From assembly GCA_963768175.1 (NCBI GenBank), contig CAVYGQ010000001.1, positions 382,305-446,304 on the forward strand: DNA of 64,000 bases, written 5' to 3'. The position numbers were made by a program, and so were the translations under genes. This stretch comes from Candidatus Doudnabacteria bacterium. GTDB taxonomy: Bacteria; Patescibacteriota; Doudnabacteria; UBA920. Under the pieces are notes generated by a model, which was not told the origin of the DNA, ran no database searches, and saw only the letters and a list, made by a program, of their open reading frames with translations. Of the stretch, positions 10,615-19,160 are shown piece after piece (within the stretch, counting starts at the first letter, position 1; the number at the start of each line of letters is the position of its first letter).

Positions 10615-11163
10615 TTATTTTTGCTCATTTTTGTCATTTCCCATTTTTACCCTGCCTTCGTTTTGGCGAACCGGTATGTCTTCGGAAAAAATCTGTCCCA
10701 ATTCCCGCTGCCATTTTGGGTTTTCGGCATAAATTTCCACTTTTACCCCGGCTTCTTTAAGCATATCCAAAGCGGCGGGGTTCCTGTAAACTTTGCCGAT
10801 GACAACTCTTTTAACGCCGGCGGCAATAACATATTTGGCGCAGTGGATGCATGGGCTGTACTTGGTATACATTGTGGAGCCGTCCGTACTGGTACCACCC
10901 TGCTTGGCCGCCTGAAGCAGCGAATTATGTTCGCCGTGGATAGTGCGCACGCAATGCCCTTCTTCCAAAAGATGCCCGACGTCGTCGCAGTGCGGCAGGC
11001 CCGGCGGCGAGCCGTTATAGCCCGTGGCGATTATGCGGTTATCTTTTACCAAAACCGAACCCGCGTACAGCCGGTCGCAGGTCCCCCTAGAAGCCACAAT
11101 TTTGACTATTGCCATGAAATAATCGTCCCAAGAAGGCCTAAAATGCTTGCGTTCTTCTACCAT
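10615..11163 (-). CDS. dCMP deaminase (ComEB family)
   Basis: RPSWDDYFM, TGYNG.P, HGEHN, PCIHC; start moved to MVEERK. Confidence 0.93.
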   Translation of the reverse strand: MVEERKHFRPSWDDYFMAIVKIVASRGTCDRLYAGSVLVKDNRIIATGYNGSPPGLPHCDDVGHLLEEGHCVRTIHGEHNSLLQAAKQGGTSTDGSTMYTKYSPCIHCAKYVIAAGVKRVVIGKVYRNPAALDMLKEAGVKVEIYAENPKWQRELGQIFSEDIPVRQNEGRVKMGNDKNEQK

Positions 11164-11391
11164 AGTATTAACGACAAGAATGACATGATTGGGCAAGAAT
11201 GGCAAAAATTACAAATCTAAATCGTGTCAATCTTTTAATTCTTTTAAATCTTGCTCATTTCATCTATTCTACACCAATTTTGGCCGGTTGACAAAATCCA
11301 AAAAAACAAAAAAACCTTAATAAATTAAACAGTTTTGGACGTCTTTTATCCTTTTGTTGCACTTACGCCCGGCCGAGCGTAAGTGCAACAG

Positions 11392-11420
11392 TTGACAAAA
11401 AACTTTAAATGCCTTAAAAT
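11392..11420 (+). promoter_or_regulatory. Sigma70 promoter of the Ile-rich leader
   Basis: TTGACA-17 bp-TAAAAT. Confidence 0.75.
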
Positions 11421-11428
11421 ACCCACAA

Positions 11429-11506
11429 ATGAGCAAATTCATCTCTTCCAGCATAATCATTATTATTACTCCGACGCCGCTTGGCATGGGAAGAGTTTTA
11501 GTGTAA
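11429..11506 (+). CDS. Putative Ile-sensing attenuator leader peptide MSKFISSSIIIIITPTPLGMGRVLV
   Basis: 25-codon ORF 8 nt after the -10 box, five consecutive Ile codons, followed by a terminator. Confidence 0.7.
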   Translation: MSKFISSSIIIIITPTPLGMGRVLV

Positions 11507-11521
11507 ATTGATTTAAACTCC

Positions 11522-11554
11522 AAACCCCTAGCCTAAGCGGCTAGGGGTTTTTTG
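11522..11554 (+). terminator. Attenuator terminator hairpin
   Basis: aaacccctagcc-taagc-ggctaggggttt followed by a T-tract. Confidence 0.85.
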
Positions 11555-11570
11555 TTGATGATTTTGTAGT

Positions 11571-12008
11571 GTGCCGATTTATCGGCCTTCATCGATCGCC
11601 CATAAATGGGCACGCTACACTTGTGACCGGAAAGACGGCAATTTAATAAAACTGCTATCTTTGCGGCCAGAATCTGTGGCCGAATCCAAGACAAACCCAA
11701 GGAGGGCAACTAAAGTGAGCTGGCATATATACGACGCGACAGTAGCATCGCGGCAGGAAGATGGCACCATAGCTGTGCATTTGGTAGGCGCAGACATGGA
11801 GCCGCTCAGCATTAGCGGAACTGTGCTGATGGCAGAACGACTGACCACCATTGTGGTCCACAGCACCGTAACCGATAGCGGCAAACCGCTGTTCACTCCG
11901 CGCAACGATGTACTCTACCTTGATCCGGAATCCGGAAAGGCAGCGTACGATCCTTCCGTACTCGTTCCCGGCCTCGAGGCCGAGGAACCTTCTCTCGTAG
12001 GGGTCTGA
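11571..12008 (+). CDS. Hypothetical protein downstream of the Ile attenuator
   Basis: 145-aa GC-rich ORF followed by a hairpin (12040-12086); start uncertain. Confidence 0.55.
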   Translation: MPIYRPSSIAHKWARYTCDRKDGNLIKLLSLRPESVAESKTNPRRATKVSWHIYDATVASRQEDGTIAVHLVGADMEPLSISGTVLMAERLTTIVVHSTVTDSGKPLFTPRNDVLYLDPESGKAAYDPSVLVPGLEAEEPSLVGV

Positions 12009-12092
12009 TATGAAAAACCCCAAAACAGCTCTTTCTTCCGGCAGTCGGCGTGCTTTCAGGTCGCCGCCGACTGCCCACCCTTTTTTACAAAT

Positions 12093-12121
12093 TTGACAAA
12101 CTTTTACCAATCCTTTAATAT
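12093..12121 (+). promoter_or_regulatory. Sigma70 promoter of the Leu-rich leader
   Basis: TTGACA-17 bp-TAATAT. Confidence 0.75.
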
Positions 12122-12128
12122 ACCAACA

Positions 12129-12224
12129 ATGCACCGAAATAATTTAAACAATTTAAACCTCTTGCTTAGCCTCCTTACTTTTGTAAGGGGTTTTGGGCTT
12201 AGATTGCAAGCATCTCCGGTATAA
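12129..12224 (+). CDS. Putative Leu-sensing attenuator leader peptide MHRNNLNNLNLLLSLLTFVRGFGLRLQASPV
   Basis: 31-codon ORF 7 nt after the -10 box, LLLSLL cluster with mixed Leu codons, followed by a terminator. Confidence 0.7.
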   Translation: MHRNNLNNLNLLLSLLTFVRGFGLRLQASPV

Positions 12225-12249
12225 ATTTTAGGCAAATCTAATTTTCCTT

Positions 12250-12271
12250 AAGCCCCGCAAGGGGCTTTTTT
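12250..12271 (+). terminator. Attenuator terminator hairpin
   Basis: aagcccc-gcaa-ggggctt followed by a T-tract. Confidence 0.85.
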
Positions 12272-12344
12272 GTTGATAGAAAAATGTTTATCGTTTTGGT
12301 GAATATTTTTGTATCTATAAATTCTATGTTCAAGGAGGATAGAG

Positions 12345-12677
12345 GTGATACACCTAGTGGGAATTAAAGCATTCCAGAGTTACGAATCTCACGCAGAAGC
12401 TGTTTTCCTTATCGGCGGAAAGGAAGTCAGAGACACGATTACCGCAATTGACCGAATCAGCGTGAATAAAGTCAAAGGGTTCCAATTGCAGTTTGGCGCA
12501 CTGATGGTCGTGCTATTCCCCGATATTAACGGCGGTGTGGGCGCCGCCAGTGACGGCGATGAGACGCTGGAGGAATTGCAGCGCGCAATACCTCCGTTTC
12601 TCGGGACATCCGGCAACAGATACCCCAACCCGGATGACGATCCGGTTACCTGGGTCGCCGCTCGTTGCGGGATCTAA
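12345..12677 (+). CDS. Hypothetical protein downstream of the Leu attenuator
   Basis: 110-aa ORF with SD AAGGAGG; downstream hairpin and T-tract near 12737-12779. Confidence 0.6.
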   Translation: MIHLVGIKAFQSYESHAEAVFLIGGKEVRDTITAIDRISVNKVKGFQLQFGALMVVLFPDINGGVGAASDGDETLEELQRAIPPFLGTSGNRYPNPDDDPVTWVAARCGI

Positions 12678-12854
12678 CCATACTGCTTCACCTCGCCTGC
12701 CCAAGCCCACCGGCCAAAGCAGGCAAACGCAACAAAGCCGGCAGACGCAAACCTACGCTGCCGGCTTCATCATTTTTTTGAATTTCAAAAAATCATTATC
12801 AGCACTCTGTTTCACCAGCATCCCCCAAGCCAGAGACGGCGTTGAAAAAACACA

Positions 12855-13295
12855 TTAGTGAAAATTTTTAGAAAAATCCACTATTTCATAATTCGGCGGG
12901 GGGTCGCCTTTAAATAATTTTTCCTGGACAACTTTTAAAATCTCTTCAAAATTGTTCTCTGACTTTATCAAATACGCTTCTACGTTCAAACTCTTGGCCT
13001 CTTCCATTTCTTCCATACCGGAAAGGTTACTTAATACTATGACCGAAGTGTTGGCAATATTTTTGTCGGGATATTCCCGAATTCTTTTTAAAACATCCAA
13101 GCCTTTAATCTTCGGCAACAGCAAATCCAAAATTATTAATTTGGGCAAATGGAAGAGCAGTTTTTCCATTGCCTGTGAGCCGTCCTCGGCTATAGCGACT
13201 TCAAGTCCGTGTCCGGAAAGATAAGCGCTCAGGGCATTGCGAAAATCCAAATCATCCTCAATAATTAAGACTTTTTTTGAATTGTCGTCTGTCAT
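12855..13295 (-). CDS. Single-domain response regulator (receiver)
   Basis: IIEDD, ILDLLLPK, VLSN, YLIK. Confidence 0.92.
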   Translation of the reverse strand: MTDDNSKKVLIIEDDLDFRNALSAYLSGHGLEVAIAEDGSQAMEKLLFHLPKLIILDLLLPKIKGLDVLKRIREYPDKNIANTSVIVLSNLSGMEEMEEAKSLNVEAYLIKSENNFEEILKVVQEKLFKGDPPPNYEIVDFSKNFH

Positions 13296-13370
13296 AAAAA
13301 AAATTTAATTTTTTTAGATTACCTACCTTAGACTAAGTCACTGGCTGATGAACATTATCCGTTTTAGTAA

Positions 13371-13472
13371 ACCCAGCACTAATTTTCCATCATACTCAAA
13401 TTTTTTTGTAATATATTTTGACACAAGTATTTTTCATCAAAATGTCAATTAAAGTGAAAATTAGTGCTGGGT
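13371..13472. repeat. ~100-bp MITE-like element (CCAGCAC..GTGCTGG family)
   Basis: acccagcactaatttt...aaaattagtgctgggt; related ends at 49466-49568 and 59715-59821. Confidence 0.7.
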
Positions 13473-13895
13473 AAAATCCCACACTTCTTGGGTCTTTGCT
13501 TGGCTACTTCCAAACAAAATTTCTTTGATTTTGCCCATAACTTCTTTGGTCTTTGTCCGACTTTTAACAAAGTAGGCTAAAACGCCCATTTCCTGCCCCT
13601 TTTCAATATCGGCTTGGCTGGAGAGATTGCTCAAAATTATTACCGGCGTCTTGGCAATGTCTTCCTGCGGATAGCTTCTGATTCTTTTTAACACCTCAAA
13701 ACCGTGGACTTTTGGTAAAAGTAAATCCAAAACTACTATATCGGGATTTTGCGCCAACAGCCTTTCCATAGCCTGTTCACCGTCATCGGCTGCGCTTACG
13801 GAGAAGCCCTCAGCGGCTAAGGCGTCACGCAGGGAATTGCGAAAATCCAGATCGTCCTCAATAATTAAGATCTTTTTGAACATGTCGTCGGACAT
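13461..13895 (-). CDS. Single-domain response regulator (receiver)
   Basis: IIEDD, VLDLLLPK, ILSN, YFVK; paralog of 12855-13295. Confidence 0.92.
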   Translation of the reverse strand: MSDDMFKKILIIEDDLDFRNSLRDALAAEGFSVSAADDGEQAMERLLAQNPDIVVLDLLLPKVHGFEVLKRIRSYPQEDIAKTPVIILSNLSSQADIEKGQEMGVLAYFVKSRTKTKEVMGKIKEILFGSSQAKTQEVWDFTQH

Positions 13896-14010
13896 GGCAA
13901 ATAGTGGATTACGGATAAAAAATGCAAGACTAATATCAATATACCAAAAACAGTCACGTTTTACAACGGGGCTGTTTTAACTTGCCACTTGTAACTTATC
14001 GCCCACCACC

Positions 14011-14694
14011 CTACATCTTCACCCTTATCCCCGGACCCATGGTAGAATTAACGGAAACAGAAGCGATAAATTGGCCCTTTATTGTAGAGGGTTTGCTTTG
14101 CAAAACCGCCTGATACAAGACTTTTAAATTTTCCAGTAATGCTTTGCTATCAAAATTGCTTTTACCGATAATTTGGTGGATATTGCCGCTGTCGTCATTT
14201 TTAAAGTTTACCTTGCCGCCGGCAATTTCCTTAATCAGCGCGCCAACATTGGCTCCCACAGTGCCGGTTTTGGGGTTGGGCATCAGGCCGCGAGTACCCA
14301 AAATCTTGGCTATTTGAGCCAATTTTGGCATTAAGACAGGCTCTGCCACGGCTACGTCAAAGTCGGTTTTCTCGGTTTCTTTAATTTTTTTAATCAGCTC
14401 TTCCCCGCCGATCACTGCCGCTCCGGCTTCCTTGGCTTCCTTTTCCTTGGCCTCGGTAACGAAAGCCGCCACTTTCTTGGTTTTGCCGCTGCCGTGAGGC
14501 AGGCTCACGGTGCCGCGAACGGCCTGGTCGGTTTTTTTGGCGTCTATTAATGTACGGACATGCACTTCCACAGACCCCGTAAACTTGGTATTGGCGGTCT
14601 TTTTGGCCAGTTCAATGGCCTCTTCAGGCGTATAGATTTTATCGACATCTACAAGCGCATTATTGGCTTTTACTCTTTTGGCAATTTTTGCCAT
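14011..14694 (-). CDS. rplA: 50S ribosomal protein L1
   Basis: DQAVRGTVSLPHGSGK, LGTRGLMPNPKTGTV, STMGPG. Confidence 0.98.
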   Translation of the reverse strand: MAKIAKRVKANNALVDVDKIYTPEEAIELAKKTANTKFTGSVEVHVRTLIDAKKTDQAVRGTVSLPHGSGKTKKVAAFVTEAKEKEAKEAGAAVIGGEELIKKIKETEKTDFDVAVAEPVLMPKLAQIAKILGTRGLMPNPKTGTVGANVGALIKEIAGGKVNFKNDDSGNIHQIIGKSNFDSKALLENLKVLYQAVLQSKPSTIKGQFIASVSVNSTMGPGIRVKM

Positions 14695-14708
14695 AAACCT
14701 TTTCCTTT

Positions 14709-14766
14709 CGTGGTGTTAGTAAGTCCACATTCATACAGTCGTGTATGAATGTATCGCTCTCCCACA
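14709..14766 (-). promoter_or_regulatory. Probable L1-binding autoregulatory leader
   Basis: GTGGGAG...stem...AACACCAC directly upstream of the rplA SD, resembling known L1 operators. Confidence 0.6.
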
Positions 14767-14793
14767 AATTAATTATTCTTATTTTTTATATAT

Positions 14794-15063
14794 TTAATTA
14801 TTTTCGCCGAGCGCTCTAGGCTCCATTATTGAAAGAAGGCGCTTTTTCGCAGCTTCATAACTTAACCTTGAACCTTTTTCTTTTTTCAACCTCATTAAAA
14901 CAAGCGTTGCTTGTTTTAATGCTTCTTCCCATTCTTCTTTTGGTGCATCATTTGGAAGGAAAAGATTTAGGGCATCCGCCACTGCTTCCGGGGTTTTACA
15001 AATGCTAAATGTTCGCTCCCAATCAACCCCTTCTCCACCAACAAAACGATATTCGCTAACCAT
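14794..15063 (-). CDS. Hypothetical protein
   Basis: 89-aa ORF packed between the SPFH gene and rplA. Confidence 0.6.
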   Translation of the reverse strand: MVSEYRFVGGEGVDWERTFSICKTPEAVADALNLFLPNDAPKEEWEEALKQATLVLMRLKKEKGSRLSYEAAKKRLLSIMEPRALGENN

Positions 15064-15065
15064 AT

Positions 15066-15830
15066 CTAATCTCCTTTTCGTTCCCCTGCCAAGAAAGCTC
15101 GTATGTCTTTAACCGTGCTCATAAACTGGGCCGGGAAGATTATGGTGGAATTTTTTTCTACCGATATTTCCGCCATCGTCTGTAAATTCCGCAGTTGCAA
15201 GGCAATCGGATGCTTAGCGATAACGTCCGCGGCGTCGGCCAATTTCTGCGCGGAGAGGAATTCTCCTTCCGCGGCAATTATCTTGGCGCGCTTTTCGCGT
15301 TCGGCCTCGGCCTGCTTAGCCATAGCCCGTTGCATATTTTCCGGCAGTTCAATATCTTTAATTTCCACCAAGGACACAATTACGCCCCACGGCTCGGTGT
15401 GCGTGTCCAAAACCGTCCTGATTTCCTGGTTAATAGTCACCCTTTCGGAAAGAATCTCATCTAACTGGAACTTGCCAACAATATTGCGGATGGTGGTTTG
15501 CGCTATTTGGTTAATGGCTGACATCACATTCTCAATAGCCACGATGCTTTTGACCGCGTCCACTACCTGATAATAGGCCACGGCGGAAATATCTACAGAG
15601 ACATTATCTTTAGTGATTATTTTTTGCGGCGGAATCGGCAAAGTAATGGTGCGCAAATCCACTTTTCGGACTTTGTCTATATACGGAATGACCATAGTTA
15701 AACCCGGCTGCTTAATACCGACGATTTTCCCGAAGCGGAATACCACGCCTTTTTGGTACTGCTGGATAACGCGGAAGGCGGGAAGGATAAAGAAAACAAA
15801 GATGATGATGACTAACGAGAGAATGTCCAT
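15066..15830 (-). CDS. SPFH/stomatin (slipin) family protein
   Basis: VVFRFG, ITKDNVSV, MQRAMAKQAEAEREKRAKII.AEGE. Confidence 0.95.
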   Translation of the reverse strand: MDILSLVIIIFVFFILPAFRVIQQYQKGVVFRFGKIVGIKQPGLTMVIPYIDKVRKVDLRTITLPIPPQKIITKDNVSVDISAVAYYQVVDAVKSIVAIENVMSAINQIAQTTIRNIVGKFQLDEILSERVTINQEIRTVLDTHTEPWGVIVSLVEIKDIELPENMQRAMAKQAEAEREKRAKIIAAEGEFLSAQKLADAADVIAKHPIALQLRNLQTMAEISVEKNSTIIFPAQFMSTVKDIRAFLAGERKGD

Positions 15831-15927
15831 AGGGTTAAATGAGCAAAAATGACATAATTGACAAAAATGAGCAAAAATTACTGCAGCTCTATTTTCGTCG
15901 TTTTTGTCACTTTTTTAATTTTTGTCA

Positions 15928-16350
15928 TTAATCAATTACTTCCACTCCCATGCTCCTGCACGTGCCGCGGATAATTTTTTCGGCGGCGGCAAGGTCGTTG
16001 GCGTTTAAATCCTGCATTTTCTTTTCCGCAATCTCCCGCACTTGTTTGGCGGTGATTTTGCCGACTTTTGTGGTTAAAGGATTTGCGGACCCTTTTGCCA
16101 AACCGATGGCTTTCATAATTAAATTGGAAGCCGGCGGAGTTTTAAGGACAAAACTAAAAGACCGGTCTTCGTAAATGGTCATTTGCACCGGGATAATCAT
16201 ATCCCCACCCGCGGTTTTATCGTTAAATTCTTTAACAAACTGGGCAATGTTAATGCCGTGGGGACCGAGCGCGGTGCCAACCGGCGGCGCCGGGGTAGCC
16301 TTGCCTGCCGGAAGCTGGAGCTTTAACTGAACTTTGATCTTTTTAGCCAT
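15928..16350 (-). CDS. rplK: 50S ribosomal protein L11
   Basis: [28 protein letters not shown]. Confidence 0.98.
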   Translation of the reverse strand: MAKKIKVQLKLQLPAGKATPAPPVGTALGPHGINIAQFVKEFNDKTAGGDMIIPVQMTIYEDRSFSFVLKTPPASNLIMKAIGLAKGSANPLTTKVGKITAKQVREIAEKKMQDLNANDLAAAEKIIRGTCRSMGVEVID

Positions 16351-16391
16351 ACTTTTTTATGATGGTAGACCGCGATTAATTATTTGCGTCG

Positions 16392-16517
16392 TTCCCCCTC
16401 TTATTTATAAGAGGGGGGTTACCTGTCCGCCATAGCTTTATGCGACGGCGGAGGGGGTGATATTTATCTTGCGATAATATCCCCTCCTTGCCTCCCCTTA
16501 TTCTAAGGGGAGGGAAA
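16392..16517. repeat. Empty copy of the DUF559-associated palindrome with a nested small REP
   Basis: cccctcttatttataagagggg...cctccccttattctaaggggaggg arms resemble those flanking 7592-7954. Confidence 0.65.
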
Positions 16518-16603
16518 CTGCACATGCGATCGAGACCCTTTGATAAATTCAGGGCCAACCATTCCTTTCAAAAATGAATTATGAATCTTAAATTAGGAAA
16601 AAA

Positions 16604-16891
16604 TTATTTCTTACCCAAAAAACGTACCAAATCTATAATACCGCCAACCAAGGTAATAAAAATTATAAAGGCAGCAATATAAAGTAAAGCTAAAATCCAA
16701 TATCCCCCCTGCCCACTTCCCACATATGAATTCCCGGCATTAATTACTGGATGGAAAATTGACCAAATATATTCCCATAATAATCTTAGGACTGATATCG
16801 CAATCAATATTCCCCAAAATATTAAGCTGAGCTTAAAACCCAACTTTGTATATTTTAATCGTATTTGTGTGGGTGGTACAATCGGTTCCAT
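16604..16891 (-). CDS. Hypothetical membrane protein (2 TM)
   Basis: 95 aa with two hydrophobic helices. Confidence 0.6.
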   Translation of the reverse strand: MEPIVPPTQIRLKYTKLGFKLSLIFWGILIAISVLRLLWEYIWSIFHPVINAGNSYVGSGQGGYWILALLYIAAFIIFITLVGGIIDLVRFLGKK

Positions 16892-16901
16892 ATTTTTTAA
16901 A

Positions 16902-17447
16902 TTAAATTTTTTTCACCTGCAAAAAGTCCAATTCCACCGGGGTTTCGCGGCCGAAGATGGTCACCATAACTTTAACTTTGCCATGGGCTTCGTCTAGGCT
17001 GCCGACTTTGCCTTCGTATTCTTTAAACGGGCCGTCCTGGATTTTAACCAAATCGCCAACGGCAAATTCCACCTTGTATTTAGGTTCGTCCGCACCCATG
17101 CGCTTTTTCAGGTAAGCCAATTCTTCTTCGCCTATCGGCGTAGGAATGGTGCCGCTGCCCACGAATCCGGTAACATTAGGCGTGTTGCGGACCACATACC
17201 AAGAATCATCGGTAACTATCATGTCTATTAAAACATAGCCGGGGAAAATCTTTTCTTCCACCGTAGTCCGTTTGCCGTCTTTAATCTTGATTTTCTTTTC
17301 CTTGGGCACCAAAGCCTCAAAAATTTTATCCTGCATGCCCATGCTTTCAATGCGCTGCTTTAAGTTAAAAGCCACGCTGTCTTCATAGCCGCTGTAGGTA
17401 TGGAGTACATACCAATGCCTTTCGCCGGTAACTTGCTGCCTAGCCAT
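16902..17447 (-). CDS. nusG: Transcription termination/antitermination factor NusG
   Basis: WYVLHTYSGYE, FPGYVLI, VRNTPNVTGFVG, KOW motif, FGRETPVEL. Confidence 0.98.
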   Translation of the reverse strand: MARQQVTGERHWYVLHTYSGYEDSVAFNLKQRIESMGMQDKIFEALVPKEKKIKIKDGKRTTVEEKIFPGYVLIDMIVTDDSWYVVRNTPNVTGFVGSGTIPTPIGEEELAYLKKRMGADEPKYKVEFAVGDLVKIQDGPFKEYEGKVGSLDEAHGKVKVMVTIFGRETPVELDFLQVKKI

Positions 17448-17508
17448 AAAAGTATGTTTAGTGTCCGCCAGAGGCGAATCCGCCTTTGGCGGAAATAGTG
17501 CTTAATGC

Positions 17509-18054
17509 TTAGCGCTTAATAAAAAATAAAACAGATATTAATAAGACTAGCTCCACATAAAAGGTCCAACTGGTAACGTAAACTTTAAGAAAATTAAACC
17601 AATATTCAAAAAAACTTTTGCCCGCGATTTTTTCCTCAACTCCGCGGTTTTTAAACGCCCAAATTTCTTTGTTAAACGGCCATAACCACATTATCCCGTA
17701 CAAGTCTATACTGTCCAGCAAAAAATGGCTCCAGCTCCCCAACCACACAATCAGCCCAAACATTTTATAGTACGGGCTCTGCGCAAAAAAATAAACCAGC
17801 AGCCCGGCAACCAGCCACAAAACAGGCAAATGGCTGTAAAATCTCCTGTGGATAGTGCTATCCGTACCTGGCTTGTACCACCAGGCCCGGACTTTGGCAA
17901 AAGCGACAAAATTATCCAAATCCGGCGCAAAGCCGAAGAATGCCCCCCACCAAAGCAATTGGGTTTGCTGCGGCTGGGTTAACCCCGTATGGGTAAAATA
18001 TAAAAGAGCTTTGGCCGTTAAAAAACCAGCGGCAATATGGCCCGGTGGTAACAT
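17509..18054 (-). CDS. Membrane-bound metal-dependent hydrolase (YdjM-like)
   Basis: MLPPGH, PDLD, HRRFYSH, SHFLLD, GIMWLWPF; start moved out of the upstream repeat. Confidence 0.85.
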   Translation of the reverse strand: MLPPGHIAAGFLTAKALLYFTHTGLTQPQQTQLLWWGAFFGFAPDLDNFVAFAKVRAWWYKPGTDSTIHRRFYSHLPVLWLVAGLLVYFFAQSPYYKMFGLIVWLGSWSHFLLDSIDLYGIMWLWPFNKEIWAFKNRGVEEKIAGKSFFEYWFNFLKVYVTSWTFYVELVLLISVLFFIKR

Positions 18055-18302
18055 AATGAAATGACAAAAATTAAAAAAATAATAAAAATGACAAAAGTGA
18101 CAAAAACGGCATTTATGCCGTCCCGAATGGAATGAGGGATCCCCCAACTTCGTTTCGGGACGATATCTATAATAATATTAAAAATAAGGTTTATCGTTTT
18201 TGTTCATTTCCGTCCGCCTCGGCTCGCGCTCGCCTCGATTCGACAATCAAGTCGAAGCGGGCCGAGCGAGACGGGTCGTTTTTGTCATTTCTGTCATTAG
18301 CG

Positions 18303-18479
18303 CTATCTGTTAATAATAGCTTGGAAAATTATAAACAACAGATAGTCAAAAGCCCCTAAAACCGCCGCAATTACAATACTGAAAATAATTACTGTCAGGG
18401 TATACTTAAGGGTATCGTTGCGGGTTGGCCAAACAACCTTGGCTAATTCGTTTTTTACTTCTATAAGGAATTGGAACAT
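18303..18479 (-). CDS. secE: Preprotein translocase subunit SecE (absent from ORF track)
   Basis: MFQFLIEVKNELAKVVWPTRNDT plus one TM helix with D; upstream of nusG. Confidence 0.93.
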   Translation of the reverse strand: MFQFLIEVKNELAKVVWPTRNDTLKYTLTVIIFSIVIAAVLGAFDYLLFIIFQAIINR

Positions 18480-18696
18480 GTGCCTGCAGAACTACAGATT
18501 AATACAAATCTACAGATGCCTACAGAAATCAAACACTACCGCCTTCTGTAGGCATCCGTAGTGTGTTTTTTCTGCAATTTTCTGTAGTCGTTTTTAAAAG
18601 GCCCTTGCGGCCTTTATGGAAATATGATACTAAAACGGCTGGTATTTGTCAAATAGCAACAAATGCCACAATCCCCCGCCGCCCTGGCCAAACATA

Positions 18697-19101
18697 CTAT
18701 TTAGATACCGGCATCCCGTTTAATAAAGCGGCAACTTTTTTAAAGACATCTTCCACGTTGGTGTTGGCTTTTACAAAATATTCGTCTATCTTTAAAGCTT
18801 GGGCCCGCAAAATGTCTTTATTGCTCCAGAGGTTGCTTAAAACTACAACTTTGGTTTCGGCAATAGTTTTGTCCGGGTATCTCCTGATTCTCTCTAAAAC
18901 CTGAAAACCGTCCAACTTTGGCAAAAGCAGATCCAATAAAACCAAGTCGGGCTTTTGGTCCAAAAGAAGCTCGACAGCCTGCTCCCCGTCTTCGGCCTGG
19001 ATAATTTGGTAGTTTAAATGATTTAGGCCGTCAACCAAAACATTCCGCAAGTCGCTATCGTCTTCCACCACTAATAAAATTTTTTTAAGTTTGTTTTCCA
19101 T
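18697..19101 (-). CDS. Single-domain response regulator (receiver)
   Basis: VVEDD, LLDLLLPKLDG, VLSN, YFVK. Confidence 0.92.
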   Translation of the reverse strand: MENKLKKILLVVEDDSDLRNVLVDGLNHLNYQIIQAEDGEQAVELLLDQKPDLVLLDLLLPKLDGFQVLERIRRYPDKTIAETKVVVLSNLWSNKDILRAQALKIDEYFVKANTNVEDVFKKVAALLNGMPVSK

Positions 19102-19160
19102 ATATATTATTAAGAGGTTTTTAATGAATTAATTATAGCATATTACAATAAAAAATCCAA

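Noticed and set aside
11420-12272. T-box riboswitches as the explanation of the two terminators
   Set aside because: Leaders are too short for stem I and lack the AGGGTGGNACCGCG T-box motif
16376-16558. Short ORFs over repeat elements (also 18132-18359, 32553-32786, 41268-41546)
   Set aside because: Translations of palindromic repeats or antisense overlaps
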